Source: Leucoraja erinacea (lineage: Eukaryota). From it: a DNA stretch of 64,000 bases. Within the stretch, counting starts at the first letter, position 1; the number at the start of each line of letters is the position of its first letter. The position numbers and the translations under genes were made by a program. The notes under the pieces were generated by a model that worked only from the letters and a program-made list of their open reading frames with translations, made no database searches and was not told where the DNA came from. Shown here one piece after another: positions 1 to 12,514 of this stretch. Where the stretch lies: positions 54,932,001-54,996,000 of the forward strand of contig NC_073386.1 of NCBI RefSeq assembly GCF_028641065.1. The letters run 5' to 3'.

Positions 1-7
1 CTCCTAA

Positions 8-180
8 GATAGACGCAAAAAGCTGGAGTAACCTAGCGGGTCAGGCAGCATCTCTGGAGAAAAGAAATAGGTGACGTTTCGGGTCGGACCCTTCTTCAGA
101 TTGAGAGTCATGGGAAAGGGAAACGAGAGACATAGTCGGTGATATAGAGAGATATAGAATAAATGAATGAAAGATATGAC
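8..180 (-). mobile_element. Penelope-like element 3' end with hammerhead-like core
   Basis: Same terminal unit as the GIY-YIG-linked copy at 28668-29275; minus-strand core CTGAAGA-A-GGGTC-C-GACCC-GAAAC-GTC at 73-99. Confidence 0.75.
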
Positions 181-1247
181 ATGCCCACCATCATAGAGAG
201 CAGCTCACCACCACTTTATTTATTAATGGAAACTTGAGTTGTTTCCTATAGAACTGAAAGGTTGTAGGGAATTTTAATTGAGTTGTACAAAGTATAAGGG
301 GCCATATACACTAAATACAGCTCCTTTAGACCTACGCAGCTACAATGGGTGAAATGGCCTCCTAAATGTTATAAATTTCTCATGATTCAATAAAATTGTT
401 AACTTTCAAACTATCCTTTTGTTTGCTTTGTTAATAATTGGAATGACCCTTCAGCACTTTTCAATGGTGTGTCAACATTACCATGAACGGTTTTGTTTTC
501 TAGAGAAATTGAATTGGGTTAGCAATAAACTCTGCTTCAAACATAGGTTACTTCTAACCTAATGCTAAAAGAATTCCAAGCATCTGACAATGTGAAAATT
601 ACCCTAGCCAACGGCTGACCTCCAAATGACCAACTTGCCCTCTGACAACAGTGAACTTTATGGCCTTTGAATAATATAGTTAAAATACATCTTGCATTAC
701 ATGGAATAACATTACAGTTGATGTGAAACATCTTCTTGCCTGTAAGCAAAAGCAATGAGGTGAACAATAATGTTACAAGCGATGCTGATCGTAACTCAAT
801 CAATGGCATGTGGAAACACAATTACATAGAATACCATAACTTTATTAATTAAATTTATATAGAAAATTTAATTTGTTACCACAAAGCAATTTAACTTGGT
901 TTCTAGCAAACAGTATAATAGTATATTATTCTGTTCATTATATAAACTTGCCAAACAATTCTGCGTACATCTGACTACATCTTTCAACGATCAGCCTTGG
1001 AAGCAAAATTTTATATACCAGAAAATAACATGTTCCCTCTTCTAAATAGAAGAAAAATAAAAAAACACAGAAAACTAGAATCCAGTATATTTTGGTTATG
1101 TTCAGTTAATGTGTTTCATACTTAAGGATCTTTGAATGCAAGGAGCGAGCTTTCACCATATTCCTGATTCACAATGGCATGGAAATTGAAGTACATCATG
1201 TTATGTAAAACTGTAAGTCCGAGCCCCTTTTGTCCCTAACCAAGTCA

Positions 1248-1820
1248 TCAATAGACAACAGATAATAGGTGCAGGAGTAGGCCATTCGGACCTTCGAGTC
1301 AGCACCGCTATTCAATGTGATCATAGCTGATCATCCACAATCACTACCCACAGTTCCTGCCTTTTCCCCATATCCCCTGACTCTGCTATCTTTAAGAGCT
1401 CTATCTAACTCTCTCTTGAAAGCATCCAGAGAACCGGCCCCATCGCCTTGTGAGGCAGAGAATTCCACAGACTCACAACTCTCTGTGTGAAAAAGTTTTT
1501 CCTCATCTCCGTTCTTAATGGCTTAATATTCTTAAAATGGGGCCCCTGGTTCTGGACTCCCCTAACATCGGGAACATGTTTCCTGCCTCTAGCGTGTCCA
1601 AACGCTGAATAATCTTATATGTTTCAATAAGATACCCTCTCGTCCTTCTAAATTCCAGAGTATACAAGCCCAGCTACTGCATTCTATCCACATTTGACAG
1701 TCCCGCCATCCCGGGAATTAACCTGATGAACCTACGTTGCACTCCCTCAATAGCAAGAACGTCCTTTCTCAAATTTGGAGAACAAAACTGCACACAATAC
1801 TCCAGGTGTGGTCTCATGTA
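1248..1820 (-). mobile_element. CR1 LINE 3' fragment
   Basis: Minus [39 protein letters not shown] plus the 3' UTR shared with other copies (gggccgaatggcctactcctgcacct-type end). Confidence 0.92.
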
Positions 1821-1899
1821 CATGCTAACAAAGGTATCTGGAAGCCCAAAATAAATAGTCATACCTTCTGAAAGAATTATGTGACAATTTATCTTTAAG

Positions 1900-2745
1900 T
1901 TCATATGTCACAGGAGCAGAAGTATTCAGATTTTCCCCATCGTGTCTACTCCGCCATCCAATCTTGGCTGATCTATCTTTCTCTCTCAACCTCATTCTAC
2001 TGCCTTCTCCCCATAACTGTTGACACCTTTATTAATCAGCAATCTGTCAATCTCTGCCTTAAAAATACCCAATGACGTGACCTCCACAACCGTCTGGCAA
2101 TGAATTCCACAGATTCATCACCCTCGGACTAAAGAGATTCCTCATCTCCATTCTAAACGTATGTCCATTTATTCTTAGGCTGTGCCCTCTGTTTTGAGAC
2201 TTTCCCACTAGTGGAAACATCCTCCCATATCCGCTCTATCCAGGCCATTCGCTATCCACTATTTGGTAAGTTTCAATGAGAACCCCCCCTCATCCTTCTA
2301 AACTCCAGCAAGTACAGGCACAGTGTTTTCAAATGCTCAACATACATTAGCCTAATCTGGTCCAGGTGAGCTATCCACCTTCAGACCTTTCAGCTTCTCA
2401 AGTACCTTCTGCTTAGTAATGGCCAGTCCACTAACTTCGGGTCCCCTGACTCTTGAATTTCAGGTACGTTGCTGGTGTCTTCCGCTATGAAGACTGACGC
2501 AAAAAACGTATTCAATTCATCTGCCATTCTTTATTCCCCATTAATATTTCTCCAGCATCATTTTCCAGTGGTACAGTGTCCACTCTTGCCTCTCTCTTAC
2601 TCTTTATATATCTGAAGAACCTTTTCCTATCATCTTTTATATTATTGGCTAGCTTACCATCATATTTCATCTTTAATTCCCCATATTGGCTTTTTAGTTT
2701 CCTCCTGTTGGTTTTTAAAGACTTCCCAATCCTCAAGCTTCTTAG
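1900..2745 (-). mobile_element. CR1 LINE fragments (3' end plus internal ORF2 piece)
   Basis: Minus ORF KLANNIKDDRKRFFRYIKSKR...EILMGNKE is typical of the CR1 ORF2 linker; degenerate 3' end at 1900-2350. Confidence 0.85.
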
Positions 2746-2974
2746 TGATGCCCACAACTACCAATTTCTAACTGCGCTAGAAACTCATCCACTTTGTTCT
2801 GTATACTGCGTGCATTCATATTTAATAACTTTTGTTCAGTATTCAAGACCCCTCTTCTCACATTCGTCCCGAATTTGCCTGACCTTAGAATTATCCCTCC
2901 TTAAACTTTGTGTCCTACTACTTCTGAAGACTTCCTGCACTTTCCTTCCCTTTAAATGCATCCATACATTTCCA

Positions 2975-3077
2975 GACATAAATTTCCGGAAGGATCTTGA
3001 CCCGAAATTTCGTCCATTCCTTCTCTCCAGAGATGCTGCCTGTCTTGCTGAGTTACTCCAGCATTTTGTGTCTACCT
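2975..3077 (+). mobile_element. Short Penelope-derived unit with 14-bp TSD
   Basis: Flanked by tccatacatttcca at 2961-2974 and 3078-3091; ribozyme core degenerate. Confidence 0.75.
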
Positions 3078-3197
3078 TCCATACATTTCCACTTTGTTGA
3101 CCTCACTCCCCCCCACTTTAATTACATTGATAATAGCTTGTAACCACAGGCAAAATATAAGTAATATGTCACAGGACAAACCAATATGTTAACATGT

Positions 3198-3367
3198 GCA
3201 GGAAGGAGTTGCAAATGCTGGTTTACACCACTGATTGATACAAAATGCTGGAGTAACACAGACGGACAGGCAGCGTCTCTGGAGAGAAGGAATGGGTAAC
3301 GTTTGAGATCGAGTCCCTTCGTCTGAAGATGCTGACTATCCCGCTGAGTTACCCCAGCATTTTGTGT
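3198..3367. mobile_element. Fold-back Penelope-derived unit with 16-bp TSD
   Basis: Two inverted halves; flanks caatatgttaacatgt (3182-3197) and caataagttaacatgt (3368-3383). Confidence 0.75.
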
Positions 3368-3704
3368 CAATAAGTTAACATGTCATAACATGTTATGAAT
3401 GTACCCCTGTCCAACAGGGTCTGCTGAAAGCCAGAGTTTGCCAAAATATAGCTGGCCACTAAGCTAAATTACTGTACATTTCTTATATGGGGTCCAACTG
3501 GTGTTTTCTAATAGCTATAGGAATTTATTGGCTTGTTGATTTACTACGTAGATTAAGTGCAGAAATGTTCACAGAAAATCTTTAATGAGCTTTTGTTTTT
3601 TTAAATGTTTCAAAAGGGTGAAGAATTTAGATTCTTAGTACATGAAAACCGAGTGCATGTTTATGCAAAAATTCCCTCAAGAGCCAAAATTGGGTATAAT
3701 AGGA

Positions 3705-3798
3705 GTCTGAAGAAGGGTCTCGACCCGAAACGTCACGCATTCCTTGTCTCCAGAGCTGCTGCCTGCCCGCTGAGTTACTCCAGCATTTTGTGTCTACC
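3705..3798 (+). mobile_element. 94-bp Penelope-derived unit with 15-bp TSD
   Basis: Flanks ttgggtataatagga (3690-3704) and ttgggtgtaatagga (3799-3813). Confidence 0.8.
3707..3734 (+). ncRNA. Minimal type I hammerhead ribozyme core (Penelope-type)
   Basis: CTGAAGA-(A)-GGGTC TC GACCC-GAAAC-GTC: CUGANGA box, stem II, GAAA box, palindromic ACGT stem III and GUC cleavage triplet. Stem I is weak. Confidence 0.65.
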
Positions 3799-3896
3799 TT
3801 GGGTGTAATAGGACATATGTTTGTGATTTGCAAAGGTCCTTTCTATGCTGAAGTGTGCTCTTGCATTAGTACATCTAGCATGCAGTAGACTCTCAC

Positions 3897-3988
3897 CTGA
3901 TTGACATGTGGGATGATGTCACAGTCTTCCTTCAGCTGCTCTAAATGAGAAATGAGGAAATTGCTCACTCCTATGGATCGACAGATTC
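3897..3988 (-). CDS. Aldo-keto reductase, next coding exon
   Basis: ctttcatag|GAATCTGT...AATCAG|gtgag; 92 bp, phase 1-0. (G)ICRSIGVSNFLISHLEQLKEDCDIIPHVNQ, containing the AKR GVSNF signature; in frame with the preceding exon. Confidence 0.95.
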
Positions 3989-4724
3989 CTATGAAAGGCA
4001 ATGTGAGAGACAATAATGCCAGAGAATTAGTTACGTATCAGGGGATATCCTGAATTTAGTACTTTTCAGGGTGACAAAGGTGCAGATGCAGAACAGTGCC
4101 TGGATGAAAGGAATTTTTAGAGAAGACCGGGAACTCCATTAGTGAACACTTGAACTAGATAAGTTATCTTATATGCCTGTTCCATCAAGCCACATAAGGA
4201 AACAGTTTTCTAACACAAACATACTGCAACTCCCTAGTGAATAAGAGCCTCAAGTTGAGGGCTGGGAAAATCTAATGAGGCATAAGTGAAAAAACAATCA
4301 GAAATGCGTCAGCATCAAAAGAAGGAAACCATGTGTCGCGCTGCTTGCCAAATTTATAGAGAACGGCAACAACTGAGAGGGTCACAGGCAAGGACACGGA
4401 GTTCTTAACAAGCACCATTCCATTGTCAACATGATGGTACTAATTGTGGAGAATATGCAACAAAATCTGAATAATACTTGTACTGACTGCAAGGTGCTAA
4501 GGTGCAAAGTTAAACTGGAAATGAAAAACCATTGACTTATAATAATCTACAGTATTATTTGTAGTACTGATCTATAATAATAGGAACAAAATTAAAACAT
4601 TTTACAACATACAAAAAACTATTTTGCTGATGTTAATTGCTAAAACATGGATTTCTGAAATATGAAATTTGAGGATGCAAATGGATCAACAATATTAGCA
4701 AATAACAGCTATCAAATAGATTCA

Positions 4725-6030
4725 GGGTCAGTTTCTGTGGATTTGAGGATAGCTAATGTTATCCCACTTTTCATGAAAGGAGTAAGAGAGAAAACGGAGA
4801 ATTACAGACCAGTTAGCCTGACTTCGGTGGTGGGAAAGATGCTGGAATCAATTATTAAAGAGGTAATAACGGGGCATTTGGATAGCAGTAAAAGGATTAG
4901 TCCTAGTCAGCATGGATTTATGAAAGGAAAATCATGCTTGACTAATCTAGAATTTTTTGAGGATGTGAAAAGTGAAATAAATGAAGGGGAGCCAGTGGGT
5001 GTAGTGTATCTAGACTTTCAGAAAGCCTTTGATAAGGTCCCGCACGGAAGACTGGTGACTAAAGTTAGAGCACATGGTATTGGGGGTATGGTGTTGACGT
5101 GGATAGAAAATTGGTTGGCAGTCAGGAAGCAAAGAGTAGGAGTGAACGGGTCCTTTTCAGAATGGCAGGCAGTGGCGAGTGGAGTGCCGCAAGGCTCGGT
5201 GTTGGAGCCACAACTGTTTACCATATATATTAATGATTTGGAAGAGGGAATTAGGAGCAACACTAGCAAGTTTGCGGATGACACAAAGCTGAGTGGCAGT
5301 GTGAACTGTGAAGAGGATGTTAGGAGGTTGCAGGGTGACCTGGACAGGTTGAGTGAGTGGGCAGATGCGTGGCAGATGCAGTATAATATAGATAAATGTG
5401 AGGTTATCCACTTTGGTGGCAAAAACAAGGGGGAAGATTATTATCTCAATGGGATTAGGTTAGGTAAGGGGGAGGTACAGCGAGACCTGGGTGTCCTTGT
5501 ACACCGGTCACTGAATGTTGGCGTGCAGGTACAACAGGCAGTGAAGAAAGCTAATGGAATGTTGGCCTTCATAATAAGAGGATTTCAGTATAGGGGTAGA
5601 GAGGTTCTTCTGCAGTTGTATAGGGCTCTGGTAAAACCACATCTGGAGTATTGCGTACAGTTTTGGTCTCCTAATTTGAGGAAGTACATGCTTGTGATTG
5701 AGGCAGTGCAGCGTAGGTTCACAAGATTGATCCCTGGGATGGCGTGACTGTCATATGAGGAAAGATTGAAAAGACTAGGCTTGTATTCACTGGTGATTTG
5801 AAGGATGAGGGGGATCTTATAGAAACATATACAATTATAAAAGGACAAGCTAGATGCAGGAAAAATGTTCCCATTGTTGGGCGAGTCCAGAACCAGGGGC
5901 CACAGTCTTAGAATAAAGGGGAGGCTATTTAAGACTGAGGTGACAAAAAACTTTTTCACCCAGAGAGTTGTGAATTTGTGGAATTCCCTGCCACAGAGGG
6001 CAGTGGAGGCCAAATCACTGGATGGATTGA
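4725..6030 (+). mobile_element. CR1 LINE ORF2 (reverse transcriptase) fragment
   Basis: ORF 4662-5747 with NYRPVSLTS, QHGF, YLDFQKAFDKV, SGVPQGSVL and FADD; stops and frameshifts downstream; 5' truncated. Confidence 0.97.
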
Positions 6031-6333
6031 TGAAATTGAAAAATCATTGTTTGTGAATTAGAATGGCAATTCAGGGTGAACTAGTTTAGCCAATTAACTA
6101 AGGCTTGAAATTTCCAAGCATTCTTGCCATATTTTGAACAAACATATTGAACATTTATTGTCCCATCCTCCTGTAATGTTGCAGTGAAGAGACTGTGATG
6201 TAAAAGGTATATTGTGCAAACCATACATAGTATAAATACAAGTACAGTAAACCCTCGTTATAACGGACCATGAATGGTGTCCATTATTGTCGAATGTCCG
6301 CTATAACAGAGTTATATCATTATAGCAGATAAT

Positions 6334-9300
6334 ATAGTAAGATTAAACGAGTACTTACCAGTACGAAGTTTGATCTGTATTTTATGAGGAGTTATGGTGA
6401 GGGATTAAGTGAAGACCCCAGCTCCAGTGCGCATGCGGCATACTTCGAAGCAGCGGTGTGAAATCACAGAATAGACACAATATTTGAAGTAAGATAGTAA
6501 AGATCACGAGACATCAGTTTATTAGCTTGATCTGTATAATGAGGGTGGGAGCGGCGGGCACTTAATCCCTCACCGTAACTCCTCATAAAATACAGATCAA
6601 ACTTCGTACTGGTAAGTACTCGTTTAATCTTACTATTTTACTTCGGAGTCACGTGAGTGATTCCGTGAAGACTTCAAAGGTCTGTGATTTCAAACCGTGT
6701 AACAGTTTTTATTTCACTCACTGCCGAAGTTTATGAAGGAGGAAGTGTTATCGTAATCAACCAGTGGATCTGCTTTCAAAAGAAACAGAAAGGTATTTGT
6801 TAACAATAACAACATAACAGAGCTCCTCTGAGCTTAAATTAATATTGCAGTTTGTAATATTCTCCTGCAATTAAATCAGGTTTATCAACGGTTTATAATA
6901 AAAAATGTTCTGAACGCGGTTCCCTTGACCATTCTGCTGTATTGAAAATGTGGTCAACCGGGATGTCCATTCGTTCAGCCGCTGATATCAATGCTGCCCT
7001 AGTGGAATGGGATTAAATGTATTATTATCTATTCCGGCAGCTTTCAGTACCTGTTTGAGCCACCTTGGAGTGGTTTGGCTCGTACCCCGTTTTGGGTTAC
7101 TGTGGTTGACCCATAGGCTTTCCTCTCCCTCTAAGATAGTGGGTTGTGTCTATATATAGTAGTAGATGGGTCACCACACTCAACCTGGACTCTGGTGGGT
7201 AGGCCCGGAATCCCACCAGTGAATCGGGCGTTCCTGGTCCATATAGCCATATAACACGACTACAGCACGGAAAACACAGGCGATCTCGACCCTGCTAGTT
7301 CGTGCCGAATCCATATACCTGCGAGTTAGATTTTACCAGACCTAAATATGAACTTGATGCGTCTGGGGTAATCACCATGTATCCAGTCTAGTTTATGGAG
7401 TGACCGGACTCTTTGAGCGTGTACGAGAGCCATAAGCATGAGCCTTTTTTAAAACATAGATTAAGCAAGCTGAGGGATCTGGCTGGTGCCATTCTCTGAG
7501 GTATGTCAATATCACACCAATATCCCATACATGGGTATATACCTGGGTGTTTGGGGCTTATATTATAGTTGCCCTTCATAAGTTTACCTTCAGTGGATGG
7601 GATCCCATGCTCTGCTGACATGCGGTTTTAGATAAGCAGATAAGGCGCTCCATGCTGTATTTACGGCACTGTAACTCACCTTTTAGTCATGGTGTAGATG
7701 TTCCAGGAACTCCAATACGTCAGTGGTTGAATAGTTCGTTGTCCCTGCGTCGTGGCAGTATTTTACCCATGTTAGCTTTTAGTGACTGTTCGCAGGGATG
7801 CCGACATGGTGGTAATGGTTCCTTTGGATAATCCCAGTCCCTGGTAAGGTCTATTCAAAACCTGCACCCAGGAGTTTGATGTTTCCCTGGCATGGGTGGC
7901 TTATGCCTGATACTGGGTTGAGTCAGCAACCATGGTCCACTAGGGAAATCCATAGGTGACTCGCCCACCGTGTCGTGATGAACTGGGAACCATGGCTGTA
8001 GGCCGGTCGGGCACGTTCAATATCTCGGAGACAGATCCCATCTGTATTGCGAAGTGCCCGACGGATGAGGCAGAAGGGAGGAAGGCAAAGCAGAAATTCC
8101 CCCTTCCAGCGTATAGGCATCTATCGCTGCTGCCTCTAATCTGGTTCCTAAGTCACATACATGGGTTACTGGTGATTCCGTCTTGTGCAACCAAATTGAT
8201 ATCTGGCTTTCAAACTGCTTAATAAATTTAGCAGATATTTTGGGTTATGACATCTATTCAATGTAATCATAAATTGTACCCCGTGACATGGTGTCTCCTA
8301 CTGTGTTCTAGCTTCCTAGGACATAGGCAGCTGATAGTTAAAATGTCTTTTGACACACCATTGACAGATTTGTTTGACCAATTTGTTGCACAATAATGAT
8401 TATTATGCTCCCCATATGGTTGATATAAGCCACCACCATAGTATTATCAATCCGTAACCACATATGTACGTGCTGCATTTGAAATGCATATGCTTTTTAG
8501 CCCAATAGGCGATCACCAATCCCAAGAAGTTGATGCCCGGTATGTGTAGTAACGATGTTTGTGACTTGGTCCATCTGTTACCTGTGCTGGATATGGAGTT
8601 TAGTTGCTCCCCAGCCTAAAGTACTGGCATTGGTTTTTAAAAATAACCAAGTTGGGATTGGTGATGATAATAGGGCTGAAAACTATGCCAAATATATGTC
8701 TGCCCACCACCTTAATTGTGATATAGCTTCAGTGGGTACATTCATGATTTGATTATAGTGACCCAAGTGTCTTGGCAAAGTAACAGTCATATGGACGGAA
8801 TTGTTATTGAAGCCCAGATAATCCTTGGTAGTAACGCTTCAATTCTGGTTTATCTGGGCGTGGGATGAACCTCAGCTTTAGGGAGCTGTTTCGTAGCTAG
8901 AACTGCTCCACAGCTAATTCCTTTGTTTCCCCTAATATGAGGATATCATCCAATATGTGCCATGATTATGCTTGTTTTCTTAATATTTTCATGGCCATTT
9001 TTAATAGTTTAGGGCGGAGGTTTAGACCATATGAAATGCTATATGCTCCCATGGTTGCCCTAACCGGGATATCCATGATCCAGGTAAATATATTTAGGTA
9101 TCTATAATGATCCTAGTGTATGGTATAAGATAGTTAGCATCTCCCATATCAATGCTCCCCATAGGTATCCTAGGGAGATCAGATGTCTGGCAGTGACAAA
9201 ACTCCACCTCCATCTTAAAGTGGATATACTCAACAGATTTATTTAGTGATATTAGATCAATGATGATGCTACATTCATCATCTTTTATAGTTTTGGTGAA

Positions 9301-11011
9301 TATATTCGATACAAATTCCAATCCGTTTAGTAATGTGCCTGTTTAGTTCAGCTTGCCTTCTCACTTCTCTTTTCTTAGAGGGAGAAACAGCCCCTTTGGG
9401 CGCATTGCTGAACTGGCAGTAAAATGCCCAATTTGAATTCGTTTTTATCCTCTAATGCTGTTGAGTATATTTTGGTTATTTGTGACAGCATCCCATGCTT
9501 AGCCCACTCCCCATGCAGTTTAGTAGAACACCCTTGTTTTAGTGTAAACTGGGAGGAACCAGACTACCTACCTCCATGCTTGTTGTTTTTCATGAAGGCG
9601 TAGTTTGCTGGTATGCTGGTGCTGTCGGTGGGGCGGCGCATCTTCCCACGGCTCCGCTCTGGGCCCCGTCTAAAAAGAACTATGGGGATCTGCAGCGGTC
9701 ACCAGGCTTTCACCAGTCCTTGTTTGATATTGCTGGTGGATGCCGAGGGGTGCTGCCAGCTGGGTGTTGGATGTGATGTCCTGCTCGTCCCATAGCCTGC
9801 TCCCTCTTCCCCGCCCGCAGCGGTTTGCATAGCCCCATATATTCGGGGTTGCGGGCAGGTCTATATGCACCATCGTTCAGTCGAGTATCCCAAATATGGG
9901 AACATCTTAGGCGTCAGCACCAAAGGCGAGCAAAGGTGGTAACATCTTGACCTTCTGTAGAATTCGCTGCTTGTCTGTGAGTCTACGAGACCCAGCTGCC
10001 TGCGGATTTGCCTCTGGAAAGGCCTGTTCCTGCAGGGCTTTTGTTGGGAAGATGGTCGCGTGGAGGAGCCATGTAGTGGCCCACGACACCCAGTGGCTCT
10101 TCCTGATCCTGCTCCCCTGGCATACTGCTGTTCTCGTCCGCCTGCCCAGCACTTAAGCCAGCCCAGCCCTGGCCTCCTTAGCCCTTAAAAAAGGAGCATA
10201 AAGGATGCGCTAAATGGGAGGAGGCAAAGCACTCCACTCCGCTGTTGCATCAATCCCTCGACAAGGGAGATGGCTAGTGCAATAGCACTGGGGTAAGAGT
10301 CAGCTCCCTTGGCATTCAGCCAGTGCCCCTTTACACCGGCGGCACAGGGAGCGGCTCGGTGTCGAGTGAGCGGGAGCATTGAAATAGCTCCACCGCTACC
10401 GGTGGCTGCCTCCCAGATAAGGACCCTCGTGTGGAGTTGGGCAGGCAGTCCTTCTCCTGGAGGTGAACTTCATGACCTCCTCTGGCTTGGGGAGACAGAC
10501 ATACTCATTTTTGCTGTCTCCAACCTGTTCCAGCTTGGAGGAAGATGGCTCCTGTAGAACCTGTAAATTGGTAAGATTTCCCCTTACCTGTATGTAGAGG
10601 CTGCCTGCCGTTTTCCAGGCGGCGTTGTGGCGGTTCCCGGGCGGTGATTCTCCTGGTCAGGAGTCTGCAGGGCTGCCGGTCGGGTTTTTAAATTTTTTTC
10701 CCCGCCGGTCCACGGCTGTACGGAACAGCTGTTCAGCGGACCGGCATAGCGCAGCTCCCTGCAGCGGTCCGCAGCGTTAGCGGTCCGGGTGGCACCTTTG
10801 GTCCGCAGCGTTAGCGGTCCGGGTGGCACCTTTTCCCCGTCACTGTCGGCCCCACGCCCCACGGGGGCTCACCAGTGCTCCCCCTGGAGCAAAAACCAAC
10901 GATTTAGGGGGCCCGCGGGAGCTAGCCCGACTCCCGCACTTTGCTTCCCGCTGGATAATGCCGCATGCGCACTGGAAAACACGGAACACTCATGTGACTC
11001 CGAAGTAAAAT
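6334..11011 (-). mobile_element. DIRS1-type tyrosine-recombinase retrotransposon, full termini, disrupted ORFs
   Basis: Minus-strand remnants: RT (LNKSVEYIHFKME ~9200-9250; LDDILI ~8935-8953), RNase H (TNASTLGWGA ~8605-8634; RIDNTMVVAYINHMG ~8410-8455), methyltransferase-like PPFCLIRRAL (~8055-8085), YR HSTRAA (~6991-7008). 19-bp inverted repeat 6423-6441/10958-10976; internal complementary region 6559-6667 matches both ends. Confidence 0.92.
10766..10833. repeat. Perfect 34-bp tandem duplication inside the DIRS 5' region
   Basis: ggtccgcagcgttagcggtccgggtggcaccttt x2. Confidence 0.9.
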
Positions 11012-11074
11012 CAGTATTATCGTTATATGGAGCCAGCCAAAACAAAGTATTGTAAATGAAGGTTAATACATAGA

Positions 11075-11220
11075 GGGACACAAAGTGCTGGAGTAACTCA
11101 GCAGGTCAGGCAACATCTCGGGAGAACAAGGCTAGGACATGATGTCGGGACATTTCTTCAGACTGGTTCAGTCTGCTGAGTAACTCCAGCACTGAGTTTC
11201 ATCTGCACCAACATCTGCAC
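11075..11220. mobile_element. Fold-back Penelope-derived unit (degenerate)
   Basis: gacacaaagtgctggagtaactcagca...tgctgagtaactccagcact inverted halves. Confidence 0.65.
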
Positions 11221-11227
11221 CAGCGAG

Positions 11228-11778
11228 CCCTTCTTCACCCACCGCACGGTGCGGTTGATGCGGCTGTTGTTGCAGCTCACGTTGTAGCCCCTGGCTGAAA
11301 GTTCATTCTTTGGGCCGCCGCCAATAACAGGACGCACTCAGTCTCCGTCGTGCTCCCTCCCCTCTCACTAACTGCCGCTACTTCCTGTCGCCCGTTGTTT
11401 TGTCCGTCCACCTCCTCCTTCCAAGATGGAGTATGTCGGCACCTCCGGGGAGCAGGAAGCAGCGGTGGAGCAGGGAGCATGGAGTGGCCACAGCAAAGGG
11501 CGATGGAGGCAGAGGTGGCGGTGGAGGGGTGCTATCGGACAGGCCGAGTGGACAGAGCGACGGGAGAAAGAGGAGGAGGAGGTTGTGATGGAAAAGCGGA
11601 GAGGACAAAGCGACGGCCGACTGGAAGAACAGGGTATGAGAAGAAAGAATCCAATAGTGACCGAGCGTGTCCTGGTGGTGGTGGTGCCAGCAGCCAGAAG
11701 AATGCATTGTCCCCAGGGGCTACAACGTGAGCTGCAACAACAGCCATGTCAATTGGACCGTGCAGTGGTGAAGAAGGG
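11228..11778. repeat. Long imperfect inverted repeat
   Basis: Perfect 33-bp inverted match 11262-11294/11713-11745; outer cccttcttcacc/ggtgaagaaggg. Confidence 0.85.
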
Positions 11779-12514
11779 ATCACTGGTGCACTTTGCAAGC
11801 TGGGGGTGGTGTCAATAATGCCTTACTTTTGATGAAATTCAGCGAGCAAACGCGATAATTCCCGATATTTTGGACCTTTAAATCTCCACGGCAAATGTCC
11901 GCTGTTCACTTCCGCTGGATTGGCACCTTCAGCTCCCTCTTTAATTTACCTTAGTTTCTATCTTTTTTTTTAACTGTAAATCTAGGTAGCTGTGCCTCAC
12001 GGTCACCCCGACTGGCACAATAAATTGCAGATCAAAACCTGGCCGTTTTCTATGTTTTTAACGGGTGGGAAAGTGCGTGTTTTCCCATCCACTAACATGT
12101 ACCGGATGTCTAGCATGTCCTCCACTTGAGATTTTCGGTCACGTGGGTGCGGATCTACGCTCCAGTGACCTTTCGTGAAATCACCCTATAAGTCGCCGGG
12201 GAGGAAGTGCGAGCCAGGGGTCGCAGTCAGCAGCCCTCGACAGGTAAATCCACTAGAACCAAAATCCTTTGTAAAGGGATCTGTCAAAACAAGGGCTTAC
12301 TGTACAGCCAAAATGATGGACAAATTGACCATCATGACCTTAAAAACCTAAGCTAACCCAACAGTAACTTCCAGGGACTTCATGTATGATCTGATTGCTA
12401 AGCCACAAGTGATTGCATCCAAAATTATTTTTGAATTTTATGTTTGAAAAGGACATGCTAGGAACAACTTACTCCTTTCAAGACTTTCTAGAAAAAGAAC
12501 GCCCTCCTCAGAGA

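Larger units (their letters stand above)
6245..12302. mobile_element. Tigger/pogo-like non-autonomous DNA transposon hosting the DIRS insertion
   Basis: TA|cagtaaaccctcgttataacgga at 6245 and tctgtcaaaacaagggcttactg|TA ending 12302 (18/23 inverted match); TA duplication. Confidence 0.7.

Noticed and set aside
180-3890. Next AKR exon (expected VEFHP-like start)
   Set aside because: No matching peptide found on the minus strand; likely left of the window.
4662-5747. 361-aa ORF as a host gene
   Set aside because: 5'-truncated CR1 reverse transcriptase with a fortuitous upstream ATG and a premature stop.
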